A DNA stretch of 64,000 nt from Eledone cirrhosa (GCA_964016885.1 OZ024756.1:44268001-44332000); one strand, 5' to 3'; numbered from the stretch's first letter, positions 23,178 to 37,526 are shown. Made by a program: numbers and translations. Notes: generated from the sequence alone by a model not told the origin.

Positions 23178-25463
23178 TCATTTTTTCGTGTTCAATAGTG
23201 GTTTAAATTTTTCAATGAAGAATTCTTCTTTATATCTGCGGAAATGTTCGTTATCGGACCATATCTTGAAGAAAGGGAAGATTGTGAATTTTCCCTTCCC
23301 GCATGATGCAAAGTGTGCGCTACATGTGGTATTTCTGACTGTGGGGTCTTTAATTTGTTGTTTATGTACCCGGACTCTATCATGTAGTCCCGTTCCGGTT
23401 TCCCCAATGTAATACTCTTTACACTGTGGACATGTTGCGCAATATATTAGGTTTTTCGTTTTGCAGTTCATGTTTGCATTGACCTTGAAATTATCATGGT
23501 TTTTGAAGGACAACTGTTTGCCCTCTTCGATGAGTTCACAGGTTCCACATCTAGGGTCCCCGCATTTCGTCACTTGCATTGATTCCATGTTGGTCGTAAA
23601 TTTTGCCTTGGTAATTAGTTTTTTAAGGTTGGGTGCTTGGCGTCTGCTATAAATTATCTGTGTGTTTTTTAAGAGTGCATTCATTTTGGTAGATTGCTGT
23701 AGAATCGGGAGATACTGTTTAGCAGTTTTCACAATGTTGACGTTCCCTGGGTTGTGAGTGATGACAAAAGAGATAGCAGGGTTTTCTTTTTTATGTTGTG
23801 GGTTTGGTTTTCTCAGTGTTGTTATTGGGATGTTCTTAACCTTGGAGATGGCTGCGTTGATGAGTTTCATCGGGTTTTCTTGTTTTTTAAGGAATTTTTT
23901 CAGGTCACATAATCTTTTTTCTTGTAGTACGGGGTGTGTTGCTATAGTGCAGATGCGCCTTGCCATGTTGAAGGGAATGTTCCTTTTCGTATGTGAGGGG
24001 TGTGCTGACCGGAAATTTAAGTATTGGTGTGTGTCAGTGGGTTTGCAAAATAGGTCTGTTATGATATTTTCCCCTTCTTTAATGATGAGGATATCTAGAA
24101 AGGGCAGTTCCTTTTCGTTACATTCCATAGTGAATTGTATAGCTTCATGAAGCCTGTTTAAGATCGAATAAAACTTTTGTAGGTCTGTTTGGCTTCTGTT
24201 CCAGAAGATGAAGCAGTCATCTAGGTAACGTTTCCAGTTTTTATTAATGTAGAAGGCGAAGTCGTGACTGAATGTTATCTGTAGTTGGGAATATAATTTT
24301 GCCTCTAAGTGACCCATAACGAGCGTTGAATATGTAGGGGCCACTTTGGTACCCATGGCTGTTCCTTTTATTTGTAGATAAAGTTCGTTGTCAAAGAGGA
24401 AGTGGTTGTTTTCCAATACTAATTTAAGTCCTTCCAAGATGAATTCTTTGGGGAATCTTTCTGTAATGTGACTTGAGTGTTTTGTAATCCAGAAGTCCAC
24501 AGCTTCAATCCCTAGGTCATGTGGGATGTTAGTGTACAGGCTTATTACATCAAAATTGACTAGGATTGTATCCTGGTGTACTTTTTGGGGGATATAGTTA
24601 AGGAATTCCATATCATCTCTGATGTAGCTTGGAACTTTTTTACATAGGGGTTTGAGTATGATGTCTAATAGGTTGCTTAGACGTTGTGTGCTTGAGGCTG
24701 GGCCAGCAATAATGGGGCGTAATTTTAAGTCTGTCGGTTTTGGTGCTTCGATGTATGATGTATTTTTCCCTTTTATGTTGTTTTGGATTTCTATGGATTT
24801 GTGAATTTTTGGTAATCCATAGAAATTGCTGGTTTTCATTTCGAAGTTGGTTAGGTAATCTACTTCTTTTGGTGTTAGGTTGTTTTGGTACTTTGTTGTT
24901 AGTTTGCCTATTTGGTTCCTCGATTTCCTTTCTTCGTTTTTAATGATTTTCCTGTAGAAGTTTTCGTCATTCAAGTGTGCTAGAACCATATCTTTGTAGT
25001 GGTTTATGTCCATGATGACGATTGCTCCACCTTTGTCCGCTTCTTTTATTATTATTGAGGAATCCCTTTGTAGCTTGTTCAATGCGAGTAGTTGGTCTGT
25101 AGGGATGTTGCGTTTGTGTTTCGTCTCGGCCGTATTTGTACGTGCTGATCGGCGAAGGCAGGTTATGTACTCCTCCAGGTATTTATCTCTATTTAGCGGG
25201 GGTGTGAAGTTCTTTTTGTTTTTCACCAGTGATTCTTTCTCGTATTGTACACCCTGAAAGAATTCTCCTAAGCGTAATTTTCGACAGTATTCTTCTCTGT
25301 CTTTTATAACATCGGCTGTATCTGCTTTCGGAGTGGGAGTGAACTTCAGTCCATTTTCTAACAATTGTATTTCTTGTTGTGTTAATTTCTTGGCTGATAT
25401 ATTGATTATTTTTGGTTCGATTGGTTCTTTCTCGTCAGGTGCCACTTGAAAGATGGTGCTTTT
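23178..25463 (-). CDS. PLE polyprotein RT plus GIY-YIG (Neptune-like), 5'-truncated
   Basis: RT motifs NFDVISLYTNIP, GTAMGTKVAP, RYLDDCF, LPFLDI, KPTDTHQYL; Cys-rich linker CGDPRCGTC; endonuclease NLIYCATCPQC..YYIGETG...RVRVH. The frame stays open upstream of 25445 (KSTIFQ) up to the (TA)n junction at about 25463. Confidence 0.92.
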   Translation of the reverse strand, partial: KSTIFQVAPDEKEPIEPKIINISAKKLTQQEIQLLENGLKFTPTPKADTADVIKDREEYCRKLRLGEFFQGVQYEKESLVKNKKNFTPPLNRDKYLEEYITCLRRSARTNTAETKHKRNIPTDQLLALNKLQRDSSIIIKEADKGGAIVIMDINHYKDMVLAHLNDENFYRKIIKNEERKSRNQIGKLTTKYQNNLTPKEVDYLTNFEMKTSNFYGLPKIHKSIEIQNNIKGKNTSYIEAPKPTDLKLRPIIAGPASSTQRLSNLLDIILKPLCKKVPSYIRDDMEFLNYIPQKVHQDTILVNFDVISLYTNIPHDLGIEAVDFWITKHSSHITERFPKEFILEGLKLVLENNHFLFDNELYLQIKGTAMGTKVAPTYSTLVMGHLEAKLYSQLQITFSHDFAFYINKNWKRYLDDCFIFWNRSQTDLQKFYSILNRLHEAIQFTMECNEKELPFLDILIIKEGENIITDLFCKPTDTHQYLNFRSAHPSHTKRNIPFNMARRICTIATHPVLQEKRLCDLKKFLKKQENPMKLINAAISKVKNIPITTLRKPNPQHKKENPAISFVITHNPGNVNIVKTAKQYLPILQQSTKMNALLKNTQIIYSRRQAPNLKKLITKAKFTTNMESMQVTKCGDPRCGTCELIEEGKQLSFKNHDNFKVNANMNCKTKNLIYCATCPQCKEYYIGETGTGLHDRVRVHKQQIKDPTVRNTTCSAHFASCGKGKFTIFPFFKIWSDNEHFRRYKEEFFIEKFKPLLNTKK

Positions 25464-25585
25464 ATATATATATATATATATTAATATATATATAATGAAA
25501 CACGGTTAGCGTTAATTGAGGTTTTTTTTTTATTATAAGAATGCGTACAGAGGCACAGTAGCGATGTGCGTGCGTGTGCGTGTGC

Positions 25586-25648
<63 letters not shown>

Positions 25649-25752
25649 CAGTGAGTGTAACTAGGAGTTACTGCAGGTTCACCCGGGTGAGCACTCGATG
25701 TTTAGGTTTACTTCTGTGATGATGTGTAGAGCTATACAGAGTGTAAAATATA

Positions 25753-26730
25753 GAAAGGATAAAAAGGACGATTGATTATTCCTTCATTGCATTTATTGAT
25801 AGGTGACGCGCGTTTCGCCACTGATCAGTTCAAGGTTCGATCTATATCGATCCTACCCGACTCAATAATCGGCAGCTCGACGGACCCTCTTAAAATGCTA
25901 TAAGAAAATGAAATACATGCTATGTGGTAAAGTCAGAGTTTCAAGAGTTTGACAAAATGAGATGTTTTGATTGGTGAGAAGGATCAAGGCGATGTACTGG
26001 CCTGTAGTGTATATAGGGGTGGGTGTGATGGTGAGATGTTGGTGACGGTCTGTGGATGAGGTGGGCTGTGGTGTGGTGGTGGTGGGTTGGCCTTGGCGTG
26101 TAGAGTATGTGGGGGTGGATGTGATGATATGGTGGTGGTTAAGGTTATTTAGTGGGATGGGCTGTGGTATGAGGTTAGTGGATGTCAGTAGACGGGTTGG
26201 CGTGTGGGTGGCGGTATGGTAGTGGTGCCTTTGTCTATGGTAGCGGCGTTTGTGGTGGTGTGGTGGATGTATTGGTGGCGTCAGGTCCTTACATAGATAC
26301 ATAGTTAGACGCTCTTCGTCTGACAGATACCTTGTATATACGTATACGTACACACATATATGTATATATGTGCACATATATTGTTGTATAAACACACACA
26401 ACATAAAACACATACGCACATCCTTGCCCACACATATCGTCACCAACATCTCACCATCACACCCACCCCCATATACACTACAGGCCAGTACATCGCCTTG
26501 ATCCTTCTCACCAATCAAAACATCTCATTTTGTCAAACTCTTGAAACTCTGACTTTACCACATAGCATGTATTTCATTTTCTTATAGCATTTTAAGAGGG
26601 TCCGTCGAGCTGCCGATTATTGAGTCGGGTAGGATCGATATAGATCGAACCTTGAGCTGATCAGTGGCGAAACGCGCGTCACCTATCAATAAATGCAATG
26701 AAGGAATAATCAATCGTCCTTTTTATCCTT

Positions 26731-26733
<3 letters not shown>
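25753..26733. mobile_element. Non-autonomous PLE-type fold-back element with ~295-bp inverted arms
   Basis: 25753-26047 is the reverse complement of 26437-26733; each arm carries an HHR-like motif. Confidence 0.78.
26598..26684 (+). ncRNA. Hammerhead-like motif with variant core CCGTCGA (mirror copy 25801-25887, minus strand)
   Basis: gggt CCGTCGA gctgc...long hairpin...gtggc GAAA cgcgcg TC acct; palindromic stem III; two core substitutions. Confidence 0.55.
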
Positions 26734-26826
<93 letters not shown>

Positions 26827-27264
26827 GGTCGGCGCGGTGACATGGCGGGGATTTTAGGTCATCGGATTAAAAGCTTTGCAATAATTGTTCTGAATCTTAG
26901 AACTTCGATTTCAAGTCCCACTGATGTCAATATTCTTGGATCTATCAAACAAAATGCTTGTCCACAAATACCATCGACTTGATCAACTTTCCTACTCTTT
27001 GAGAATAATTCTGGCTTTCTATCTAAATTAGTAACCATCAATATAAGAATTATGTATATATGTCTCTTTTTCTTAATTTTGAGTTTATTATTGACCGGGG
27101 CACCACACTTATCTCCTCTTCTAAACCTGCATACATCTCGCTTATTAGCCAGCCACACCTTTCAACACCAGCTATCTGCCCCTTGAGTCTTACCCTATTT
27201 ATACTGCCTCCGTTATTTAAAATTTAGTCTTGTCTTAGACAATATATATATATAGTAAAAATAA

Positions 27265-27453
27265 TAAATGTGAAGACTAAAATCCAAAGAGGGCTCGATA
27301 AGGATAAATATATATCAAATATATAAGAACCCTAGAGCAAATATTTATTAAAATAGATTAAAGTTTAATATATATATATTAAAATATATATATTTATTAG
27401 AATATATATATAATCCTTATCGAGCCCTCTTCGGATTTTAGTCTTTACATTTA
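27265..27453. repeat. Short fold-back element with ~40-bp arms between (TA)n tracts
   Basis: taaatgtgaagactaaaatccaaagagggctcgataaggat versus atccttatcgagccctcttcggattttagtctttacattta. Confidence 0.75.
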
Positions 27454-27524
27454 ATAATATTGTTACTATTAGTATATATATATATATATTTATATATTTA
27501 TTCTTTATTGTCTAAGTGATGAAA

Positions 27525-27566
27525 CTTGTTACTCTGGACTTTCACCTGCACAGGTCATCAGACAAA
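27525..27566 (-). ncRNA. Degenerate hammerhead motif
   Basis: Minus strand: tttgt CTGATGA cctg tg cagg t GAAA gtccagag TA acaag; stem I pairs, stem III has a G.G mismatch. Confidence 0.5.
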
Positions 27567-28646
27567 AGTAAATTAAATGAGGTTGTGTTCCAAGCATTAA
27601 TTTTATTTCCTTTTCTATATCAAGTCAGTATCTGAAACAGTTTATCCGGTGGTGAAATGATTAAAACCTTCGTTAGAATACTTTGCACTATCCCTTCTGT
27701 CTTTCAGCGCTCTGATTTCAAAATACAGCGAGCTCAATTTTCCCTTTTATCTCTTCGAGGGCGATAATAAATACCACTCTAGCATTGAATGGATTCCTCC
27801 TTTCTCTCTCTCCTTTTCTGGAAGAGATCGAATGAGTTTAGACCCGGGGAAAGGATGGGTTCCACCAGGATGAAATGCCGAACACATGTTGTATGTCGTT
27901 ATAGCTCTACAATTCTATTAGGAGTTACGAGTCAATACATGCACACATACGTAGATTTCATGTGTAAACTACTTCGATGGCAAGTTATGTTTAAATCATC
28001 TTTCTATGTTTTCTCTAATTCTAAAACGTTTCCTATATCACAACTGTTTAGTAGAATTGCAAATATATCTCTTGGCCGCTTTGGTGCTTGGCATATGTGC
28101 AAAACGTGCTTCTCTTAAGTTTATTACAAACAAATTAACTACAAAAATGATGTAATAATTTCTTTCCTGCCATAAAGCCATCTATGTACAAAACGTGCTT
28201 ATGATTGTAAGGTTTATTACAGAATAAGATGCAATAAACATGTGTCTCTCACCATAACGCTATGGGTGTGAAAAGACTGCTGTTGTTTGAATGTAATTTT
28301 ACAAAACATCCATTAAAAATACTTATGCAAGCTAAAACTGTAACGAAAATGACATTTTATTTTTGTCAAAGTTTCAACAAAAATATAACTAATATAGCCA
28401 AAAATATTTTAACAACCGTTAAAAGCACATCTAGTTATATAAAAAAGGATAAAAATCCCATAACAGCTTGGGCAGATGCCCAACCCTCTCCAGGTCTGAA
28501 CACCGATTTTTTTCTATAGAGGAGGAACCTAGTACTGAAATGGTACTTTTTTTTATCGACCTCGGATGAAAGACAAAGTTGAGCCCGGCGGGATTTGAAC
28601 TCAGCGCAATGTGGTGGGGAGAATACCGTAAACTTTACGGTGTTAG

Positions 28647-28708
<62 letters not shown>

Positions 28709-29226
28709 TATATATATATAGAGAGAGAGAGGGAGTTTCTGACTAGGTGTGGGAAATCTAGCATTCATTAATTGCAACTCTTGTCAATAACTTCATTGTT
28801 TCTTTTCAGGAAATATGTTGAAAAATAAATCTCATACATACATCATTTATATATACACACATACATATATATACATACACATATATACACACACACATAT
28901 ATATATATACATATATACACACATATATACACACATATATACACATACATATATACACATACATACATATACATATATACACATACATACATATACATAT
29001 ATACACATACATACATATACATATATACACATACATATATATACATATACACATACATATATATACATATACACATACATATATATACATATACACATAC
29101 ATATATATATACATATATATATACATATATATATACATATATATACACACACATATACACACACACATATATATACACATACATATATATACATATATAT
29201 ACACATATATATATATACACACGCAT

Positions 29227-29313
<87 letters not shown>

Positions 29314-29776
29314 CAGTATATATATATATATATATATGCATACATACATACACTAGCCACAGCTACTCTCTTGTACGCCACCATACAAAGTTTCAGCGAT
29401 AGTAGGAAGTTGCTGTTGGCTATCTTTAGGAAATTCAATTTTCACACTTAAAGAATGTCATCCACTTGCACGCCTTTTGGCCATTATTTAGAGTGTTATC
29501 GAGATTGGAAGCTCGCTAGAAATAATTGCAGTTCTTAGATTGATTTTTACCGAGAATTTCTGACAACTTCGTGTTGGAATCTTTCCTGTTATACATAATT
29601 TGGAAGGTTATTTTACTCTTTACCAAGTGTCCACAACTGTCCAATGAAGGTTTAGCCGAATGGATGTAATCTGTTGTCCGTTTGAAACCTGATTCATCTA
29701 ACAATTTCTATGGAACAGTTTTATTAAAGAGTTGCGTCAAGATAAAATCTAAATTTCGAATGAATTGATGTACATG

Positions 29777-29902
<126 letters not shown>

Positions 29903-29924
29903 GAAGAAATGATGCGAGGGTTGT

Positions 29925-30062
29925 GAAATATTGTATGCATTAATTTCAACTCTTCTTATTAATAACTGCAGTGTTTCTTTCCAGGGACTATCTTGAAAAT
30001 AAATCTCATTTGGTCATTCCATGAGAGTATCTTGGTCAGCCTAAGATCTTTTCAGCCGGCTC
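29925..30062 (+). mobile_element. Mariner-like transposon 3' end remnant
   Basis: Diverged inverted homologue of 35332-35470. Confidence 0.65.
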
Positions 30063-30373
30063 TTTAATATGTTTAAACCGTTTGTGATTATGTGTATATG
30101 TGTGTTTGTGTGTGTGTTTATCAATACACATATACCCACGTAAAACCTATGTACCCAACTATATATATGTATGTACCCCACTATATCTATGTACCCCACT
30201 ATATCTATATGTACCCAACTATATATATGTACCCAACTATGTGTTGTAATGTTTAATTACATATGTTCGATATTTTATTCAGCTTTGAACGACTTTGATT
30301 GATTTCTCTTTATCATTAGCCCAATAAAACATTCCGGCTTTTCTCTCTCTTTTACACACGCAATCGCTCACTT

Positions 30374-30424
<51 letters not shown>

Positions 30425-30609
30425 GACAGACACACACTGACACTCTCACACACAGACACACATTCTCTCACACACACACATGTTCTCTCTCACACACACA
30501 CTGACACTCACACTCACATTCTCTCACACATACCAAAGCTGGCAAGATGAGTTTAAATTTTCCACCTGACAACCAATGCGTGATGCTTTTTACTTCCGGT
30601 AGTTTATGT

Positions 30610-30936
30610 TCATTGTTGTTGTTATTATTACTGTTGTTGTTGTTACTGTTGTTGTTGTTGTTACTGTTGTTGTTACTGTTGTTGTTGTTGTTGCTACTGT
30701 TGTTGTTGTTATTACTGTTGTTACTGCTGTTACTGTTGTTGTTACTGTTGTTGTTACTGTTGTTACTGTTGTTGTATTTACTGTTGTTGTTGTTACGGTT
30801 GTTGTTTTTGTTACTGTTGTTGTTTAATACTGTTATTACTGTTGTTTTGTTGTTGTTACTGTTGTTGTTACTGTTGTTTTGTTGTTGTTACTGTTGTTGT
30901 TACTGTTGTTTTGTTGTTGTTGTTGTTACTGTTGTT
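30610..30936. repeat. (GTT)n/(ACT)n low-complexity tract
   Basis: Seen directly. Confidence 0.95.
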
Positions 30937-31251
30937 CATTGATTTATGGGACATAATGAAAATTTATTTAACAAATCGCAATCGTTCTTTTATTATCTTT
31001 TCACTGATTTTCTCTCACCCCCCTCTCTTGCCCCCCCCCCCCCCAACAACCTCTCGCACCTCTTCCTCCTTTCGCTCCGCCCCTATCTACACCCCTCTCT
31101 CCCGACCTACCATCTCCCCCCATCCCACATCTACCCCCCTCTCTCTACCAAATCAAACATTGTATTTTAACCGTCCAAGTATTTCGCCATCGATTCAGAC
31201 ATTGGCGCTGTCAACAAATTGACAAACGAGTTAGCAATATGAAGGCAAATA

Positions 31252-31550
31252 GCATCGTCTTCGTCAACATCACCATCATCGTCAGCATCACCATCGTCAT
31301 CACCACCATCATTATCGTCATCGCATCATCATCGTCAGCATCATCATCATCATCATCACCACCATCATCATCGTCATCACCACCATCATCATCGTCATCA
31401 CTACCATTACCACCATCAACATCGTCATCACCACTACCATCAACATTGTCATCACCACTCCCATCATCGTCATTACCACCACCATCGTCATTATCACCAT
31501 CATCATCATCATCACCATCATCGTTATCGTCAACATCAACATCAACATCA
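31252..31550. repeat. (CAT/CAC)n low-complexity tract
   Basis: Seen directly. Confidence 0.95.
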
Positions 31551-31780
31551 AGCCGAATAGCAATTTCTAATCCAAGCTAAATATTAAACTAACCACGTAA
31601 CCATAGAAATCATAACGATGTTTTTTTTTGTTTTGTTTTGTTGTTTTTCGTGTCTTTTTCTTTTCTTTGTCCTGTCACATCACTTAGAATGGCCTTCTGT
31701 GGAATCACATTCCCTGGCATTATCATCTATTAATTCCCAGACTCTCATTTGTTGTTACAATCTATTATTATTATTATTAT

Positions 31781-32345
31781 TGGTGGATTGGCAGTACCGG
31801 TAGAGAGTCGGACGCCATGCTTTGCAGCTTAGAGTTACGGCCCTTGCCATTCTGAGTTCAAATCCCGCCAAGATTAACTTTACCTTTCATCCTTTCAGGG
31901 TCGATAAAATAAACTACCAGTAATGCACTGGGATATTGCTGGCCTTGTGCCAAAAGTAGAAACAATTATTATTATTATTATTATTATATAATAAGATTAG
32001 CAGTACCGGTAGAGCGTCAGACAACAAGCTTTATGGCATAGGGTTACGGCTCTTTAGATTCTAAGTTCAACTCCTGCCAAGGTGAACTTTGCCTTTCATC
32101 CTTACAGAGTCGATAAAATAAAGTACCAGTAATGCACTGGGGTAATTGCTGGCATTGTGCCAAAAGTAGAAACAATTATATAAAAAATAAAACTAAGAAG
32201 AGTCATTTTTAATTTAGGCACAAGGCAAGCAATTTGGGAGAAGATTTAGTCGATTCAATGAACCCCAGTACATGAGTGGTATTTTATTTTGTCGATTTGG
32301 GAAGGATGAAATGCAAGGTTAATCTCGAAGCGATTTTAACTCGCT
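31781..32345. mobile_element. Cluster of three SINE copies (31781-31965 +, 31995-32175 +, about 32205-32345 -)
   Basis: Each matches the 9730-9919 SINE; (ATT)n tail after the first copy. Confidence 0.85.
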
Positions 32346-33249
32346 AAATGTAGGATAGTATTTAGGTTTTAGGGTAAATTTCTACCTAGATCTCAATTCT
32401 AATGTGTCTCAATCACTTGGAAAGTTATTCTAGCAATATCACGGTATTTCCTTTGGTAACTGTGTTAGCGTTTAGTCATGTATGTATAAACTCCTAACTC
32501 CCAATGGAGTCGCAGAGGCACTTTAGTGACATAGATACGTTTTAAACAATTTAAACTTGGCGTGGCCCCATTCCTCTCTAGGTCAGAATAAAACCAGTTT
32601 CTTTCAGAGAAAAAGAGATTTAGTTAGAGAGAGGATGTGAAAAAGAGTTCATCTAGGAAAGGAATTGATCCCAGTACTGAACTGGTATATTGTATATCGA
32701 TCTCAAAAGCATTTAATGAGAAGTTGATCTCCGCTTTTTCCTTGACTTTATTCATTTCTTTGGCAAATTCCTGGAGTTTTTCAGCATATTCTTTCCTTTC
32801 TCTCCTCACTCTACTAACATACGATATAGCAAGTCCTGCAAACTCACAAACAGTTATTTTCTCTATAATCATAGTTTCGTGACTGAACTCTTCATAGTAA
32901 ATTTGAATTAAGTAATCCGAAAGGATCTTACAACAATTACATCCAGTGAAACAATCTGTTAGGTTTTACCATTATTTTTACATTTACCTGAAATAGCCAA
33001 CTACATCATCATCACCACTACCACCACTACCATCACCACCACCATCATCACCATCACCACCACCACCATCACCACCACCACCACCACCACCACCACCACC
33101 ACCACCAGCATCACCATCACCATCATTACAACCATCATCAACATATCGTGCCATAAAAGATTTAAGTTTCTTAACCGCAGATACAAACTTATTAGATTTA
33201 TTGCAGTGAAGACTTTCAGTAGCGTGGCTTATAGAAGTAGTTGGGTATA

Positions 33250-33430
33250 TACGGGTAGAGCAGATAGGGTGGGCAGAGTGAGTAAAGCGGGCAGGGTGGG
33301 TAGAGCGGGCAGGGTGGGTAGGGTGGGTAGAGCGGGCAGGATGGGCAGGGTTTGTAGAGCGGGTAGGGTGGGTAGAGCGGGCAGGGTGGGTAGAGCGGGC
33401 AGGGTGGGCAGGTTGGGTAGAGCGGGTGGT
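33250..33430. repeat. G-rich 9/18-bp minisatellite (gggtagagc/gggcagggt)
   Basis: Seen directly. Confidence 0.9.
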
Positions 33431-33793
33431 GCCAGCTATGAGCTTCGTTTGTTTAGGAGAAAATTCTAGTAGTATGACTTATGGGGTAGTTTGGTATAAA
33501 GTGGGCAGAGTGACGAGTGTGTGGTGTAGGTAGAGTGGGTAGTGTTGGTATTGCGGGTGGTGCCAGCCATGAACTCTGTTAATTTATTGTAATATTTACG
33601 GAACAAGATTTTTATGACTACAGCTACAAGATATGATGTAAATCCTACGTAACATCTACAGAATCTTACAGGAATATGAAACGAGTCACGTAAACAGAAG
33701 AAGGATTATATTTGAGAACATATTTCCGATATTAGATTTGTGTACAGTATCGATTCATTCGGAATATATATATATGGATTCATATATGATTTA

Positions 33794-33827
<34 letters not shown>

Positions 33828-34194
33828 CAAATCATATATATATACACTAAATCGTGTGTGAGTGTGTGTCTGTCTGTCTGTCTGTGTCTATATATATGAT
33901 TGTAAGCGAGCGAGAACATCACCACCTGCTGGTGTATGTTTGCTTTTCGTTGTGAGTGAATGTTATGAGCTTAATGAAGAATACAAGTCTATTGCACGCA
34001 ATCGCCGTCATTAAAAACAACAACAACGAAAACGACGGTGATCTTGATGATGATGATGATGATAATAATATCGAACAGTCAGGAAGCAATATTGGAAACG
34101 GACCAGTCTCAGAAAACTAAAAACGGAAGTAGAGTCTGCCGAGAGTTGACGTCAGGATATAATCAAATTTCGAGAATGTAAATGGTCACCGTAT

Positions 34195-34660
34195 GATGTG
34201 TTGTTGTTCTTATTGTAGTTGTCGTGGTGCTGGTGGTGGTGTTGGAGATGGTGATGTTGGTGGTGGTGTTGTTGTTTTTGGTGGTGGTGTTGTTGGTAGT
34301 GATGGTGGTGGTGTTGGTGGTGGTGGTGGTGGTGGTGGTGGTGGTGGTGGTGAGGTTGTTGGTGGTTGTGGTGTTGTTGGTAATGTTGTTGTTGTTGTTG
34401 TTGATGGTGGTGGTTGTGGTGATCTTGTTGGTGGTGGTGTTGAAGACGGTGATGTTGGTGGTGATGGTGATGTTGGTAGTGATGGTGTGGGTGGTAGTTG
34501 TGATGGTTGTGGTGGTGGTGTTGGAGATGGTGATGTTGGTGGTGATGATAGTGATGTTGGTAGTGATGGTGTGGGTGGTGGTTGTAATGGGTGTGGTGGT
34601 GTTGGTGGTGGCGATGGTATTGTGGAGGTGCTAGTGATGATGTTAGTGGCGGTGGTGCTG
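34195..34660. repeat. (GGT/GTT/GAT)n low-complexity tract
   Basis: Seen directly. Confidence 0.95.
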
Positions 34661-35331
34661 GTCAATATCATTATACTATATGAAGGGCGGGAGATTGACA
34701 AAATCAGTCGGATAGAATGCCATTGCAGTTTTTGTCCTGATATACAATATGATGAAGTACTCACGGCTTTTAATGTACTCTGCTCCATCTGACAAAACTC
34801 TGAGCTAAACAACTCTAGCGACGACAACAACGACGGCGGCGACGACGATAACAACAACGACAACAATAACGACGATGACAACAACAACAAAAGTAACAGA
34901 AGAATATAGAAAAGAACAATAACAAGTAATTACTGTGTTGACTGCCACATCAGTTAAGTAATATAGCCCCGAGTAAAACGGGGAAATCTCGGTCACAAGT
35001 TCAGAAGTACTTCATAGTAACAGGTTATATATCCTATTATTCCTACACTAAATATATGATTTACTTTTCAATAAAAGTTCATTTAATAAGTTTCACCTTT
35101 TATTGTGGCTTCACCACAGGTTATTTTTAATTAACAATATCCATTGTATTTTCTATCGATTGGAATTCATTTTCATTATATTTCTGAGGTTTGCTTCTCA
35201 GCTTTTTTTCTTAATTAATATATTTCTGTCGTATACTCTCTCTTTCTCTCTCTCTTTATATCTCCCTTTCTCCACCCCACCCCCTTCTCCAACTCTTTGC
35301 ATGCATGTATACAACCATACATACATGCATG

Positions 35332-35470
35332 CAGGGATCGACTGAAAAGTTGTTAGGCTGACCAAGATACTCTCATGGAATGACCAAATGAGGTTTATTT
35401 TTCAACATAGTCCCTGGAAAGAAACAATTAACAAGAAAAGTTGAAATTAATGCATGCAAGATTTCATAGC
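35332..35470 (-). mobile_element. Mariner-like transposon 3' end/TIR remnant
   Basis: Minus strand gac tat gtt gaa aaa taa (DYVEK*, as in the mariner GDYVEK* C-terminus) followed by a TIR-like end. Confidence 0.7.
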
Positions 35471-37479
35471 TTTAGCTTGTATAATATTTTTAATAAATCT
35501 GTTCAGCATTTGCTGCTGAACAGATTTATGTAAAATACCATACACTGATACATTGCTAGATATGTAATACTTGGTTTGGGTAAATATGATTATGATGATG
35601 AGCTAGTTTTACATTATGTTGAAACTAATATTCTGAACAGGAAAATGCAAAGTTTGATAATATTTTATCTGACATAATAAAACAGATTTAATATAATAGT
35701 TGGAACAATTGTCATGTTGTTGAAAAGCCATTTAAGTCACTGAAAGATAGATTGGTATGTTGTGTAATGGGAGAATGAATGGTTCCACCAGACTATTTGA
35801 AAATATTGATTATTGATGATAAAACCTGCACATAATGAGATAAATGATGACTTAATGCAACACGGAATCTGTTGGAAATAAAACCATAGTAGCCAGATTA
35901 TCGGAAATTGTGCAACAATAAGTAAGATGTCTGCACATCTGGGCTAAAGAAAATCAAGGAATGGATATGAATGCATATGTATGACTGAGATTTTAGGAAT
36001 TAAACGGAATTGCCGAAAGAGTAATTACGAATATTAATATGTTAAAAACATTTTCTGTAATAAATGTTAAATATTAATGTATATTTGATTTAGAGATATT
36101 GGACAAAACCTCACTCAGGAATTCTAGTAATTCATTCTGATCTACAAATACTGCAACTTTCATTTGGTATAAATGTACAATAAACGATGAAACGAAATTG
36201 GATTAATATTTCAAGCGAAATATAATGAAGCTCGGATTCGTTAGAATAAACAGTATATAATAGTGTATATAAATCAAATAATCACTGAAATAAATATTCA
36301 AACTGAACAAAATGGGAAATGAACCCCTCTCCCTCTTTTAATGATATTCCTAACGCTAAAAATTATGATATAATATCACCAAACATTGCCAATAGTTTTA
36401 GACACAAATATTGACTAACGATATGAATTAAAGTAATTAATTTCATGCTAATTATGTTGACGACATACATGTTGATTGGGAATATTTCCAGTAGATATCT
36501 GGTCAATATCAAATTATGAGTATTCAGTAACATAACGAAAGGAATTTAAACCAATTCGTTTCATGCTAATATTGATGGCGGTGTTAATGTATTTATCGTA
36601 CAAGTTTATTGTGAATATTTCCAGTGGATATCTGGTTAATATTAAATCATGAGAATTCAGTAGAATAAAGCTTCTGAATAGAGTAAGTCATAACATTTCT
36701 AAATAAGATTACATGAGTAAGTTTAATAAACATACTTACTAAGTAGTTTTATTAATATAATTCCTTGACGTCACTTCCACATATGTATTGAATACAGACT
36801 ATATATGTTTATACATACTTATAAAGCATTATATTTCTCAAGAAATTACAGCTATATAAATGAGTAAAAGTGATATCTATTACTTAGTGTATGTTTCATA
36901 AATAGATTTAAATTACACTTTCCCTTTGTAGACGAAACAACGTTTACACACCTGAAGAGCCGCGATTGAACGTGCGACAATAGGGGAGAGGTATTACAGA
37001 TTGTTTGTAAAAGACAGCACTGTGGTTTCAATATAGAGACTGTTTGAACAGTGAATATAAGAGAACTTTTATTAAAGACAAACAAATATATAAAATATAT
37101 ACTCACTAATTAGATATTTGCGTCAAGAGATTTCAGTATATACAGAGATATTTTAGTAAAGGCAGGTGTTTTCCATCTAGTAAGAGAATATATTCAAGAT
37201 AAAAACGAAAATCATCTGTATACATACTAATCACAGACAGGGATTGTTGTATTTAACATGTATGTATATATGTATGTAATGTATGTATGTAATATATTCT
37301 GAATGTATGTACGTAATTATGTAGGTTATGTTTGTAGGTTATGAAGACACAAGTATATATGTGGATATACATGTTTACATGCCTACATATTAGATATGCG
37401 TATATATTTATACACGTTCTTGCAGTCTCCGTTACATCTTTATATATATATATACAGAGATAGATAAAATGATATATGC

Positions 37480-37526
<47 letters not shown>

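Noticed and set aside
26826-27240. 99-aa ORF and a CCGATGA/GAAA pair on the minus strand of an island between (TA)n tracts
   Set aside because: No recognisable protein motif and the HHR stems could not be built.
30547-34890. Poly-Leu, Val, Ser, Gly and Pro ORFs
   Set aside because: They are trinucleotide low-complexity tracts with no domain signal.
29925-35470. Composite mariner transposon spanning the two mariner remnants
   Set aside because: Both remnants are 3' ends, with their termini at 30062 and 35332 and their bodies extending outward, so they do not enclose the intervening DNA.
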